A DNA stretch of 64,000 bases, from IMG/VR virus record IMGVR_UViG_3300042009_000020, positions 37,780-101,779 of that record; one strand, written 5' to 3'. The translations under genes were made by a program, and so were the position numbers. Each line of letters starts with the position of its first letter. Position 1 is the first letter of the stretch. The stretch comes from a virus (lineage: Duplodnaviria; Heunggongvirae; Uroviricota; Caudoviricetes). Positions 55,605 through 64,000 of the stretch are shown in pieces. The notes under the pieces are model-generated. The model saw only the letters and a program-made list of their open reading frames with translations, had not been told where the DNA came from and ran no database searches.

Positions 55605-57337
55605 TGTTGCTTGAAGATAATGTTGGTGAAATGCAAGAAGAAGAGTTGCAGATGTTTGAGCAATTCAGTAAAGAACGTAAGGAACTACAAGCGAAAGGGT
55701 ATCTACCTGACTGGTACACTACACAAGGTTGGCAGATGTTCAAAGAGAAGTATGCATATGAAGGTGAACAGGCTGTTCTAGGTCGTCACCGGAAAATTGC
55801 CCACACACTCGCCAAACATATGAAAGGTCGGGAAGCTGAATGGGAAGAGAAGTTCTTCCGTGAGCTTTGGGATGGTATCTTGTCACCATCGTCACCAGCA
55901 CTGGCTAACACCGGTACAACTCGCGGTATGATGGTTGCTTGCTCTGGTCAGGTGGTTGGTGACAGCGTAGAAGAATTCTATGATGGGATGAAAGAAACGG
56001 CTTTGCTGTCCAAGCAAGGGTTTGGTACAAGTGCAAACTTCAGTCATATCCGTCCTCGTGGGAGTTCGATTTCTACAGGCGGTAAGGCGAACGGTGCTGT
56101 CACTGTAATTGATGATTATTTCACAGCAGTATCCAAGGTTAGTCAAGGCGGTGCACGACGTGGCTCTATCGGTGCTTATCTGGATATTGAACACGGTGAC
56201 TGGGATGAGGCTTGTGACTCACTGGCTCATGACCCCAATGGTAAGAACTACGGATGGATTATCAAAGACACGTTCATTGAGAAGCTGAAGAACGATGATC
56301 CTGACGCCAATCGACGTTGGATCAAAGCTGTCTATACAAAGCTGATTACTGGTAAAGGTTATATCTTTAAGGTTGACACAGCTAACCGCCATCGTCCACA
56401 GATGTACAAAGACTGGAACCTGTTCATTGAGGCGTCCAACCTGTGCAGTGAAATCATGCTTCACAGTAGTGAGATGTTGACTTACTCGTGTATTTTGGCT
56501 AGTCAGAACTTGGTACACTGGGATGTCATGCCTGAGCGTGAATCAGTGTTCATTGCTACGGTGTTCCTTGACTGTCTGTGTTCTGAGTTCATTGAGAAGT
56601 CAGCGGGTATCGTTGGACTTGAGAAGGTAAGAGAGTTTACCATTCGTGGTCGTGCAATTGGTCTAGGTGTTTTGGGATTCCATACATACTTGCAATCCAA
56701 GATGATCCCATACATTAGTTTGGAAGCTCAGTTCCTAAGCACACGAATAGCTAAACACTTGCATGATGAGTCATTGCGTGCGAGTCAATGGTTGGCTCAA
56801 GAGTACGGGAGTCCTATGTGGTGTGCAGGTTATGGTCTTCGCAACACTCATAGGACAGCTTATGCACCAACCAAGACCACCAGTCTGCTTATGGGAGGGA
56901 TTAGTGAATCATGGTTCCCTGATCCGGGTATGATCTTTGATGCTGGTTCTAGTGTGGGTGAGCTTCGTCGTATCCCACCAATGTTCTACCAGTTTATGAA
57001 AGACAAAGGTGTGTACAATGAAGAAACAATCATGGACATCATCAACAATCTTGGCTCTATTCAACATGTGGATTGGGCGACAGATGATGAAAAGCTTGTG
57101 TTCCTCAATGCTTTTGAGATGGATCAATTGATTCTTCTGCGTCATGCGAGCCAACGACAACCGTGGACATGTCAAGGACAGAGTTTGAATTTCTATGTTC
57201 CAGAGGATGGAAGCGAGGATTTGATTGCAACATTGTTAACCTTGCTGCTGTTGGATGAGAACATTCTCAGTCAGTACTATATTTATAGCAGAAGCGGTGT
57301 CGTGGTAAAAGACGAATGTATCGCCTGCGCAGCCTAA
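55604..57337 (+). CDS. nrdA: ribonucleotide reductase large (alpha) subunit, compact (no ATP-cone)
   Basis: PALANTGT, GFGTSANFSHIRPRGSSISTGGKANG, active-site SNLCSEI, C-terminal CIAC redox pair; 577 aa. Confidence 0.8.
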   Translation: MLLEDNVGEMQEEELQMFEQFSKERKELQAKGYLPDWYTTQGWQMFKEKYAYEGEQAVLGRHRKIAHTLAKHMKGREAEWEEKFFRELWDGILSPSSPALANTGTTRGMMVACSGQVVGDSVEEFYDGMKETALLSKQGFGTSANFSHIRPRGSSISTGGKANGAVTVIDDYFTAVSKVSQGGARRGSIGAYLDIEHGDWDEACDSLAHDPNGKNYGWIIKDTFIEKLKNDDPDANRRWIKAVYTKLITGKGYIFKVDTANRHRPQMYKDWNLFIEASNLCSEIMLHSSEMLTYSCILASQNLVHWDVMPERESVFIATVFLDCLCSEFIEKSAGIVGLEKVREFTIRGRAIGLGVLGFHTYLQSKMIPYISLEAQFLSTRIAKHLHDESLRASQWLAQEYGSPMWCAGYGLRNTHRTAYAPTKTTSLLMGGISESWFPDPGMIFDAGSSVGELRRIPPMFYQFMKDKGVYNEETIMDIINNLGSIQHVDWATDDEKLVFLNAFEMDQLILLRHASQRQPWTCQGQSLNFYVPEDGSEDLIATLLTLLLLDENILSQYYIYSRSGVVVKDECIACAA

Positions 57338-57341
57338 ACTA

Positions 57342-57373
57342 TATAGCCCCTTAATTGGGGCTATTTTTATTTA
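57342..57373 (+). terminator. intrinsic terminator
   Basis: ATAGCCCC..TTAA..GGGGCTAT stem followed by TTTTTATTT. Confidence 0.8.
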
Positions 57374-57383
57374 AGGAGATTTT

Positions 57384-58016
57384 ATGATAGAGGTTTGGAA
57401 GGATATCATTGGGTATGAGGGTTTCTATAAGATAAGTAATTTTGGAAATGTCATCTCGTGTACAAGAGTCGTTGCCGATACAAGACTCGGCTCTAAAACA
57501 CTCAGACAGCGAAACCTCAGATTGACGGTTGACAGTGCAGGGTACGCAAAGGTTGGACTGTACAAGGATTCCATCAAAGAGGTGTGGAAGGTTCACCGTC
57601 TCGTTGCCTTACATTTCTGTGACAAATCTGAAGGTTGCGATATTGTAAACCATCTAGATAACGACACTCAAAATAACAGCAGCACAAATCTTGAATGGAC
57701 AACATCACTAGGAAACAACCAACACATGGTGAGGCAAGGTCGTAACAGAAATGCCCGTGGTTCTGACTGTTCGTTCTCTGAACTGACCGACGACAATGTG
57801 AGAGACATCCGAAGGTTGTGTAGCCTTAAAGTACCACAAACAGAAATCGCTGACAAGTACAACATCTCACAACAACAGGTTTCCAAGATCAATCTGAGAC
57901 TCAGATGGGCACATCTGGAGCTTGACAACAGGCGACGAACGGTAGTAGACATACCTCACCAACTCACCTATCATTTGAATCACACGGAAGGGGGAAAGGC
58001 AAAGAAGCCAAGCTGA
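57384..58016 (+). CDS. HNH homing endonuclease (NUMOD4 + HNH_3 + C-terminal HTH)
   Basis: WKDIIGYEGFYKISNFGNV (NUMOD4), VHRLVALHF...NHLDNDTQNN..NLEW (HNH_3), sigma-r4-like HTH TEIADKYNISQQQVSKI. Confidence 0.75.
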   Translation: MIEVWKDIIGYEGFYKISNFGNVISCTRVVADTRLGSKTLRQRNLRLTVDSAGYAKVGLYKDSIKEVWKVHRLVALHFCDKSEGCDIVNHLDNDTQNNSSTNLEWTTSLGNNQHMVRQGRNRNARGSDCSFSELTDDNVRDIRRLCSLKVPQTEIADKYNISQQQVSKINLRLRWAHLELDNRRRTVVDIPHQLTYHLNHTEGGKAKKPS

Positions 58017-58068
58017 CGAGTAATTGCGAAAGCGTAATTTCTTACAACCATTTCTAACGGTGAAAAAC

Positions 58069-58272
58069 ATGAGCAAAAACAAGGTGGTGAGTCGAGTCAG
58101 TGCAGTTGTGGGTAGTGACATTCGTCACGTGTACACAGCGGACGGGGAACAACTGTTGGGGATGATCCTGAAAATGGGTCGAGGTAAATACCGAGTACTG
58201 CGTCAAGATGGTAAAGAACGCACCAAGGACACGCTCAGTGAGGCGTTCAAAACCATTCGTAGGGCCAACTAA
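58069..58272 (+). CDS. hypothetical basic protein
   Basis: 67 aa from ATG 58069. Confidence 0.4.
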   Translation: MSKNKVVSRVSAVVGSDIRHVYTADGEQLLGMILKMGRGKYRVLRQDGKERTKDTLSEAFKTIRRAN

Positions 58273-58294
58273 GACCAACGTAATAGGAGTATGC

Positions 58295-58576
58295 ATGAAC
58301 GAAGCGTATGAAGTCGAGCTTTCTCAGATTAAGACAACCTTCTCTGCTTCACCAATTGACCTGATAATGGGAGTGGAGAAACAAACCACTCTCAAGGTCG
58401 AGAGCACTGGAGAGATGCAAGGGTTTATGGATGTCGAGTGGCAAGTGGTTTATACTCGTGTGTTGGTGGATGACCGTTGGTACTTCCTTCCACAAGACTT
58501 GTATGATGAGATTGACGACGAGTATGGAGATGTGATAGGGGAAAAGCTGTGGTCGCTCACACAGACGATTAACTGA
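58295..58576 (+). CDS. hypothetical acidic protein
   Basis: AGGAG SD 6 nt before ATG 58295. Confidence 0.45.
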   Translation: MNEAYEVELSQIKTTFSASPIDLIMGVEKQTTLKVESTGEMQGFMDVEWQVVYTRVLVDDRWYFLPQDLYDEIDDEYGDVIGEKLWSLTQTIN

Positions 58577-58580
58577 CAGA

Positions 58581-58610
58581 GAGCCCCACCATCGTGTGGG
58601 GCTTTTTCAC
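58581..58610 (+). terminator. intrinsic terminator
   Basis: AGCCCCAC..CATCGT..GTGGGGCT stem followed by TTTTTC. Confidence 0.8.
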
Positions 58611-58625
58611 ATCTGAAGAAAAGGG

Positions 58626-58653
58626 TTGACAGGCCGTTTGGAGCTGGTAGAAT
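58626..58653 (+). promoter_or_regulatory. promoter TTGACA-N16-TAGAAT
   Basis: immediately after terminator. Confidence 0.6.
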
Positions 58654-58679
58654 GGGCACATCTAACAAGGAGACACACC

Positions 58680-58943
58680 ATGCGCCTCAACAAAAACAAT
58701 GAAGAATTGAACAAGAAATGTGAACTTCTCATGAGCTTGGGGTTTGAAATCCAGCACCGTGACTGTGATGTGTCCTTTGAGACATTGAACGTTGACTTCG
58801 TTGGATTCGACTTCTCAGCAACAGCACCAGATGTGCAGTCTATCATTTACACAGCACTGAATCATGTGTACAATCTTGGTCTGCAACAGGGTAAGTCAAT
58901 CGTACAGCAAGATATCAAGGTTGTGTTGGGGATCGGAGAGTGA
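58680..58943 (+). CDS. hypothetical protein
   Basis: AAGGAGA SD; 87 aa. Confidence 0.45.
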   Translation: MRLNKNNEELNKKCELLMSLGFEIQHRDCDVSFETLNVDFVGFDFSATAPDVQSIIYTALNHVYNLGLQQGKSIVQQDIKVVLGIGE

Positions 58944-58944
58944 A

Positions 58945-59082
58945 ATGAGAAACTATGTAGCCAAGCACATGAACAGCTTCAATCGTGCAAGTGTTGTACC
59001 TGATAAGCGTGACAAACATCTGGACGATGTGTATGAGCAAGAGTTGCAAGAAGAACTCAAGGAAAAGGATGAGAAAGAGTGA
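58945..59082 (+). CDS. hypothetical 45-aa charged peptide
   Basis: GGAGAG SD. Confidence 0.3.
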   Translation: MRNYVAKHMNSFNRASVVPDKRDKHLDDVYEQELQEELKEKDEKE

Positions 59083-59273
59083 TTGACTTCCTAAGTGAAC
59101 ACGGGTACTCTGTGTTGGTGATCTTCTGCCTAGTCACCATCTATGTGATAGCATATAAGGTCGTTGAGGAAGGACCACCAACCGCTAAAGAAAATCAAGC
59201 TATACTGGACAGTCTTGAGCATCGTAAATCATTCTTGTTGAACACAACTGAAAGCAAATGGGGAACTGAGTAA
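59079..59273 (+). CDS. small membrane protein
   Basis: 64 aa, one TMD. Confidence 0.4.
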   Translation: MIDFLSEHGYSVLVIFCLVTIYVIAYKVVEEGPPTAKENQAILDSLEHRKSFLLNTTESKWGTE

Positions 59274-59461
59274 TGGCTGTACTGGGTTATATCTGTTACA
59301 TGGTGTTGACGTTGTATGTTAGTCTGATCACCTCGGCTGTCTTTGTATGGCCTTCTGACAAGATGATCAATGGTGAGCGTGTGTTCATGTTGGTGCTGTT
59401 CATTCTGTTCTGGACAGGTGCTGCACACTTCTGGCCTTTTGAACCAATGGTACTGAAATGA
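59273..59461 (+). CDS. small membrane protein
   Basis: 62 aa, two TMDs. Confidence 0.4.
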   Translation: MAVLGYICYMVLTLYVSLITSAVFVWPSDKMINGERVFMLVLFILFWTGAAHFWPFEPMVLK

Positions 59462-59655
59462 CCACTGACACAGACCGTCTTGAGTTCCTTTTTGGTGATA
59501 ACGAAACGCAGGGTTACTACACCGTCCGATCCAAACCTGACTACTCTGAATGGATTGTATGGGATCAATCAAATGGATTGGAGTTGATTGGTAAAGGTGC
59601 CACAATGCGTGAAGTAATCGATCATGCAATGGAGAAAGTGAAATGTCAAAAGTAA
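59458..59655 (+). CDS. hypothetical protein
   Basis: 65 aa. Confidence 0.4.
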   Translation: MTTDTDRLEFLFGDNETQGYYTVRSKPDYSEWIVWDQSNGLELIGKGATMREVIDHAMEKVKCQK

Positions 59656-60044
59656 TCATGGGTGAACTTGGTATCAATCGCAGTAGTAATGGATTCATCT
59701 ACATTCGAATTGAAGATAGTAACAGTCGTGCCAAGTTTGTTGAGCTAAAGCTTACGTGTGAGCAATTTGCTGAAGCGGTAACCGGTCTGCACACATGTGA
59801 TGTTGAGATGACTGTGAGTCACCTTGACCGTGTTGGTAAGCGGCGTGTACGTGAGAGCCGCAGTGTTGTATGTCCACTGGACAGCTGGAAGCGTGAGGTA
59901 CAACAAGCATGGCTTGTCGAGAACTGTCAAGAGGAAGGTTGGATTCTTGATGCATTCCTTGGTAGTCAAACTTCAACGAAATCGGTTGACGGTGGAACAC
60001 GTCTCAATTATGCTGTATTCAAATACATCGATGAGGTAAAGTAA
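59643..60044 (+). CDS. hypothetical protein
   Basis: 133 aa. Confidence 0.45.
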   Translation: MSKVIMGELGINRSSNGFIYIRIEDSNSRAKFVELKLTCEQFAEAVTGLHTCDVEMTVSHLDRVGKRRVRESRSVVCPLDSWKREVQQAWLVENCQEEGWILDAFLGSQTSTKSVDGGTRLNYAVFKYIDEVK

Positions 60045-60045
60045 C

Positions 60046-60447
60046 ATGGCTGCAAATAGGGAACTGGCAGAAGCACGTGGGTTGGATGAAGACGCAATTC
60101 GAATGATTGATTATACCCATGCTCAGTTAGAATGGTTGATTGACAACTTGGCGTTAGACCAAGACATCGACTATATTGCTGATGTGGTTCGTCACAATGA
60201 GTTTGAACTACAACGTCTTTGGGGTTTCACCCAAGACAGTCGATACCACACATGGGGTAGAAGGCTCTCCAAGCGTGTCAGAGAGCTTGCTTATCTCGGG
60301 GCTGTGTATCGGTGTAAAGAGAGCGGTGAAAGCCTTACAATCGACAAAGAAGCGCTTGAGGGTGGTGCTTTGTTTGGTGTAGGTCATGGCTTCATCGACT
60401 TCGGTGGAGTTGTTCGTATTGTTGGACCTTTGGAGAGAATCAAATGA
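60046..60447 (+). CDS. hypothetical protein
   Basis: 133 aa. Confidence 0.45.
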   Translation: MAANRELAEARGLDEDAIRMIDYTHAQLEWLIDNLALDQDIDYIADVVRHNEFELQRLWGFTQDSRYHTWGRRLSKRVRELAYLGAVYRCKESGESLTIDKEALEGGALFGVGHGFIDFGGVVRIVGPLERIK

Positions 60448-60710
60448 TTAAGACAACCGTTGAACATGTACCTGTTAAAGCTGTGTTTGAACTTGGTGAA
60501 CTTGTTGAACTTGACAAAGCACAATTTGAGGACGGTAAGGGTTACATTGTGTTAATCACCAAAGTCATGAGTAATACAAACTTGTTTGGTGGTGTAGTTG
60601 TGCAAAGCGACGAAGATGATGGTGATATCTTTGTTGGTAACCACAGCCTTAACTTTACACGTCACTCATTCACCAAGTTTGTTGGTAAACTTACAATGGT
60701 GAGTTCATGA
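60444..60710 (+). CDS. hypothetical protein
   Basis: 88 aa. Confidence 0.45.
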   Translation: MIKTTVEHVPVKAVFELGELVELDKAQFEDGKGYIVLITKVMSNTNLFGGVVVQSDEDDGDIFVGNHSLNFTRHSFTKFVGKLTMVSS

Positions 60711-60849
60711 AGCGATCAAAACGATGGCAGTTCCTCTGGCTTGAGTATGAGCGTGTAGGGTTTGTTGAACACCTTACTCTCTTTGGTTTGACAATCTACA
60801 GGCGGTGTGGTAGTGTCTGTCAGCTGTTCGGATATGAGTGGATACAGAA

Positions 60850-61017
60850 ATGAACAAAGAAGATATTGTTGAGTTCTTAAAGAACAACATGACGATTAGC
60901 ATTGAACGTTGGACTGGTTACTACCAGTACCCTACACTTGAGGTGAAGTTGATGATTTGTGGTGAACTGATCAGTGCTGCTGAGTGTACTATCTACGACG
61001 GTGAGTTCAATGAATAA
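60850..61017 (+). CDS. hypothetical 55-aa protein
   Basis: ATG 60850 after a 140-nt gap. Confidence 0.3.
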   Translation: MNKEDIVEFLKNNMTISIERWTGYYQYPTLEVKLMICGELISAAECTIYDGEFNE

Positions 61018-61285
61018 AGTATTTGACATCATTGAAAGTCTGTACCCTGACTTCAAAGAGTATGCAGACAATGCACAGTTCCACTATTGGATGGAGTATG
61101 CCTGTGAGCTTGATGAAGTAGTTAACGTCGTATACATTGAAGACGATAAGCTAATTGCTTATCTGAACAAACGTATGTCCATGTTATCCAGTAGTAAACC
61201 AGAGCATCATGCTTGTACTGATGTAGCGTCAACGTTGGAAGAAAGTATCCCATCTAAATTTAAAGGAGTATTTACACATGAATGA
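61010..61285 (+). CDS. hypothetical protein
   Basis: in-frame ATG of ORF-track 60974 ORF overlapping upstream stop. Confidence 0.4.
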   Translation: MNKVFDIIESLYPDFKEYADNAQFHYWMEYACELDEVVNVVYIEDDKLIAYLNKRMSMLSSSKPEHHACTDVASTLEESIPSKFKGVFTHE

Positions 61286-61511
61286 AGTAACAGTAGAAGA
61301 ACAAGCAGCTCAAAGCTTCCTTGTCCAGATTAACTTCAAGAGTGGTGGTCGTATTCAGGCTTGGTTTGATAAACTGGACACCGAGGTGAGTAACGGTGCA
61401 GTTACTTCACTTACCTACAAGCTGAGCGAGTGTCAGAAGACAGCAATCGCCTTTATTAGTGTCACTGATATTGAATCGATTGTTCGACTTGATTATAAAG
61501 ACATTCAGTAG
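61278..61511 (+). CDS. hypothetical protein
   Basis: 77 aa. Confidence 0.4.
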   Translation: MNEVTVEEQAAQSFLVQINFKSGGRIQAWFDKLDTEVSNGAVTSLTYKLSECQKTAIAFISVTDIESIVRLDYKDIQ

Positions 61512-61521
61512 TTTTCAGTAG

Positions 61522-61550
61522 TTGACACACTAAGTTAGTAGCTGTACAAT
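61522..61550 (+). promoter_or_regulatory. promoter TTGACA-N17-TACAAT
   Basis: consensus -35, 17-nt spacer. Confidence 0.55.
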
Positions 61551-61762
61551 CACTACATTAAGTAAGCAATCAAATACAAGTAAGGGAATAAAATGAATAA
61601 TGTAACCCGCTTCGAGAATACCAAACGCAAATTGGACTGGAAACAAGAGGAAGCTTTGCGCACCGGTAAGAAGCGTGATCAAAAACGTCGTGATGATCGT
61701 ATTGTTGGTCGGGAAGTTAAGTTGATTGGTGAAGAAGAATAAGATATAAGTAATAACGAGAA

Positions 61763-61790
61763 GAGCCCACCATGAGTGGGCTTTCTGCTG
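61763..61790 (+). terminator. probable intrinsic terminator
   Basis: GAGCCCAC..CATGA..GTGGGCT stem followed by TTCTGCTG. Confidence 0.5.
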
Positions 61791-62370
61791 TCTGGGATTT
61801 GATTACAAACTAGGATTTCATGAGGATTTGAACGTCTCTATTTTTCTCCTAAAAATCCCCTACACCCCTCTTTTCAATATTGGGTTTTGGGAATTCGTTT
61901 TTGGGAAAATCCAAGAAATCGCTCGGGGAATTTAATCAATAACGGCGGGCGAATGATAACCATTCGTGTTTGATATTGGGAATACGACTTATTCGTATCA
62001 GGCAATGAGAACGCTCCTCATTCATCACTATTCTGAAAAAGTGACATTACCATCGGGCACACTTCGGCCTTCGGAATCCGACGGCATTTGTGAATAGTAC
62101 AGACCAGCCTAGCAGAAGTCAACAATTATTTTAGGTATGATTTATGCAATAGCAACAACCGTGCCAATCTAGAATGTCGTCCACCCTCCCCACCTTGTAC
62201 TCCAGTGTCTGCGCTTTCGCGTTTCGTTCCTGCTATATGTATTGTAGCAAAGCTGTAGAACAAAGCAAGCGATAATCAAAATTCTTTTTCAATTGACAGC
62301 ACCCACTTGGTTGTGCTATTCGCACGCGCCCGGTTCATCTATATTGCAGGCTGAAAAGAATTTGAAAAAG
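61791..62370. other. ~580-bp non-coding structured region (candidate origin / packaging site / genome-end region)
   Basis: no ORF >30 aa with RBS; GGATTTG x3, TTTTGGGA x2, ATATTGGG x2 short direct repeats and several 6-7 bp hairpins (CGAATG..CATTCG, ATACGA..TCGTAT, AATGAG..CTCATT). Confidence 0.45.
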
Positions 62371-62374
62371 ATTG

Positions 62375-62402
62375 TTGACGCCTTCTCTAAATGCTGTAAA
62401 CT
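62375..62402 (+). promoter_or_regulatory. early promoter copy 1 (TTGACG-CCTTCTCTAAA..-TAAACT)
   Basis: member of 5-copy conserved promoter family. Confidence 0.6.
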
Positions 62403-62443
62403 TCACCATATCGAAAGCAAACAAGCTTTAAGGAATCCGAAAC

Positions 62444-62713
62444 ATGAAACCAATGACCAACAATCGCGCCTTACTTTCTGGTTTGAACAAGGGTTATATT
62501 GACGAAGTGGCGAAAGACTTAAACCGTTACCAGACTATCGAAAGAGATAGTGAATGGGTATGCGTAGACGGGGCTGCAATGCGTAAGAAGTCCTTTCTAG
62601 TCAAGCACTCTAAGGGTATGGCACGCTGGCACGTAGAACAGCGCAACGGTGACGTTAAAGGCGTTGGTGTGATTCATGAATGTGACGTAAACGCACCTTA
62701 TAGAACAGCCTGA
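62444..62713 (+). CDS. early small protein A
   Basis: 89 aa downstream of promoter copy 1. Confidence 0.45.
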   Translation: MKPMTNNRALLSGLNKGYIDEVAKDLNRYQTIERDSEWVCVDGAAMRKKSFLVKHSKGMARWHVEQRNGDVKGVGVIHECDVNAPYRTA

Positions 62714-62722
62714 AAATAAAAC

Positions 62723-62750
62723 TTGACGCCTTTTCTAAAGCTGCTAGAAT
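62723..62750 (+). promoter_or_regulatory. early promoter copy 2 (TTGACG-N16-TAGAAT)
   Basis: conserved CCTTTTCTAAAG spacer core. Confidence 0.65.
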
Positions 62751-62785
62751 TGGCGTTACAAACAAACATTAAAGGATTACAGAAT

Positions 62786-63136
62786 ATGAAAGCTCTTGAA
62801 GTTGCACACGTTGACACTTGCATCTCCTGCTATTGGTCCGGGCATCATCTGGCACACGTTCAAATTCCTGTATACAAAGGGATGCATATTTCAGAAGTTA
62901 AACGCCAGTTGCATTCAGAGCTTGCTGAAGGGGCTGTGATGGGTAACAATCCTTTGACAAGGGATGATAGCGGTGACGATGGTGACAAGTGGTACAAGAA
63001 GGCTCATGCCGCTGTGAACCGCATTCAGCCCGGCATCAAGGGTAAACGTCGCATGTTTGAAAATCTGGATGAAATGCCGGACGATTATGATGGTGAATCT
63101 GTTTATGCTTACTTTGTCTTTGTTGAAAAGGAATAA
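62786..63136 (+). CDS. early small protein B
   Basis: ATG 62786 (ORF-track start 62723 lies inside promoter); 116 aa, Cys/His N-terminus. Confidence 0.45.
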   Translation: MKALEVAHVDTCISCYWSGHHLAHVQIPVYKGMHISEVKRQLHSELAEGAVMGNNPLTRDDSGDDGDKWYKKAHAAVNRIQPGIKGKRRMFENLDEMPDDYDGESVYAYFVFVEKE

Positions 63137-63151
63137 AAGCTAAATAAACTG

Positions 63152-63179
63152 TTGACGCCTTTTCTGAATACTGTAGACT
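63152..63179 (+). promoter_or_regulatory. early promoter copy 3 (TTGACG-N16-TAGACT)
   Basis: conserved spacer core. Confidence 0.6.
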
Positions 63180-63213
63180 AGGCGTTACACACAAGCAAAC
63201 AGGAATCACCAGA

Positions 63214-63420
63214 ATGAAACGTCCAGAAGGTAAGCCGGTAGAAATTCGATTTTGCACCTACGCAAATGCAACCGGTCCAAAGTTTGAAGTGTTGCACGCC
63301 TACAAAATTCCTGTTAGCAATATGAGTAAGGAAGACTGTATAAAGTTTCGAGATGAATTGTATAAAAACCCACACTGTGGAACTTGCACAATTTATCTCG
63401 ACAATGGTTGTCATATCTAA
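63214..63420 (+). CDS. early small protein C (Cys-rich)
   Basis: 68 aa, C..C..HCGTC..GC. Confidence 0.45.
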   Translation: MKRPEGKPVEIRFCTYANATGPKFEVLHAYKIPVSNMSKEDCIKFRDELYKNPHCGTCTIYLDNGCHI

Positions 63421-63433
63421 CTGAAAATAATGC

Positions 63434-63461
63434 TTGTCACCTTCTCTAAATAGTGTAAGAT
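63434..63461 (+). promoter_or_regulatory. early promoter copy 4 (TTGTCA-N16-TAAGAT)
   Basis: conserved spacer core CCTTCTCTAAATAGTG. Confidence 0.55.
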
Positions 63462-63508
63462 AGTGACAAGCAAGGCAAAACGCCTTGTAACCTGATGGAG
63501 TGTTCACC

Positions 63509-63751
63509 ATGCAAAGCATTAAAACCTTAGCACGCAAGGCATACGTTAACCGCTACGCCTTCGCAAGTGTCTCAATTGACAAGCAAGGCGACATGCTGGG
63601 TCACTGGGGCGAAACGCGTCACGGGCTAGATCCTGTACGGCTGGGGAACATTGTAGACTGTTGCACGACGGTTAACGAGCGTCGCACCGGCGTTCTGTTC
63701 TATAACCGTGATTTCATTGTCTATACGTTTGCTATGGATGTTTTAAAATAA
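63509..63751 (+). CDS. early small protein D
   Basis: ATG 63509 with GGAG SD. Confidence 0.45.
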   Translation: MQSIKTLARKAYVNRYAFASVSIDKQGDMLGHWGETRHGLDPVRLGNIVDCCTTVNERRTGVLFYNRDFIVYTFAMDVLK

Positions 63752-63754
63752 AGG

Positions 63755-63782
63755 TTGACACCTTCTCTAAAGGTGCTAGAAT
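63755..63782 (+). promoter_or_regulatory. early promoter copy 5 (TTGACA-N16-TAGAAT)
   Basis: conserved spacer core; followed by GGGAGGC-aaaca-GCCTCCC hairpin at 63793-63811 in the leader. Confidence 0.65.
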
Positions 63783-63841
63783 TGCCAATAGAAGGGAGGC
63801 AAACAGCCTCCCATACCAAACAACGAAAGAGAGTTAACATT

Positions 63842-63991
63842 ATGTCCTTAGATCGTTTTGTTGAACTGTATCTCGACTATCGCAATAACTTCTTGACAGT
63901 TGAAGCGTTCGCGGCTCACTATGGGTTGTCGTACAAAACAGCTGAAGCGATTGTCGTTTGTGGTCGCACCATCTCAAATCTAGAGGAATAA
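63842..63991 (+). CDS. early small protein E
   Basis: 49 aa from ATG 63842 (ORF-track start 63755 lies in promoter). Confidence 0.4.
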   Translation: MSLDRFVELYLDYRNNFLTVEAFAAHYGLSYKTAEAIVVCGRTISNLEE

Positions 63992-64000
63992 ACCATGTTA

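Noticed and set aside
61791-62370. tRNA gene in non-coding region (GGATTTGAAC-like string) and in 29705-30038
   Set aside because: No acceptor stem, D-arm or GTTC-R-A-NYC T-loop context could be assembled around the motif. No cloverleaf fits.

Overview
This window is a segment of a tailed-phage genome with a lambda-like siphovirus tail module. The host is probably Gram-negative: the window encodes an SAR endolysin, an overlapped i/o-spanin pair and lipoproteins, and carries many TTGACA-N16/17-TA(G/T)AAT sigma70-type promoters. Gene order, left to right, is as follows. First comes the tape measure, then lambda M, L, K, I and J homologues, with J inflated to 3080 aa by hierarchical tandem repeats. 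Three unknown ORFs follow, then a 1394-aa fibre built from four tandem modules, a side tail fibre, small tail-associated ORFs and a lysis cassette. A bidirectional terminator separates these from a leftward accessory operon encoding an ATP-dependent RNA ligase, an SF1 helicase and small Zn-ribbon proteins. After a divergent promoter region comes a long rightward early/middle cluster. It encodes an EF-Ts N-domain look-alike, an SPFH lipoprotein, a T7 gp4-like primase-helicase, a family-B DNA polymerase interrupted by a GIY-YIG homing endonuclease, and an SSB-like protein. It also encodes a FEN 5'-3' exonuclease, an HTH-DnaQ exonuclease, MazG, a ThyX-like protein, the class I RNR beta and alpha subunits and several HNH/AP2 homing endonucleases. 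The window ends with a structured non-coding region and an array of five near-identical strong promoters, each driving a small early gene. No rRNA, tRNA, CRISPR array, integrase or reverse transcriptase was recognised. All calls rest on reading the sequence and recalling motifs; no database search was run.
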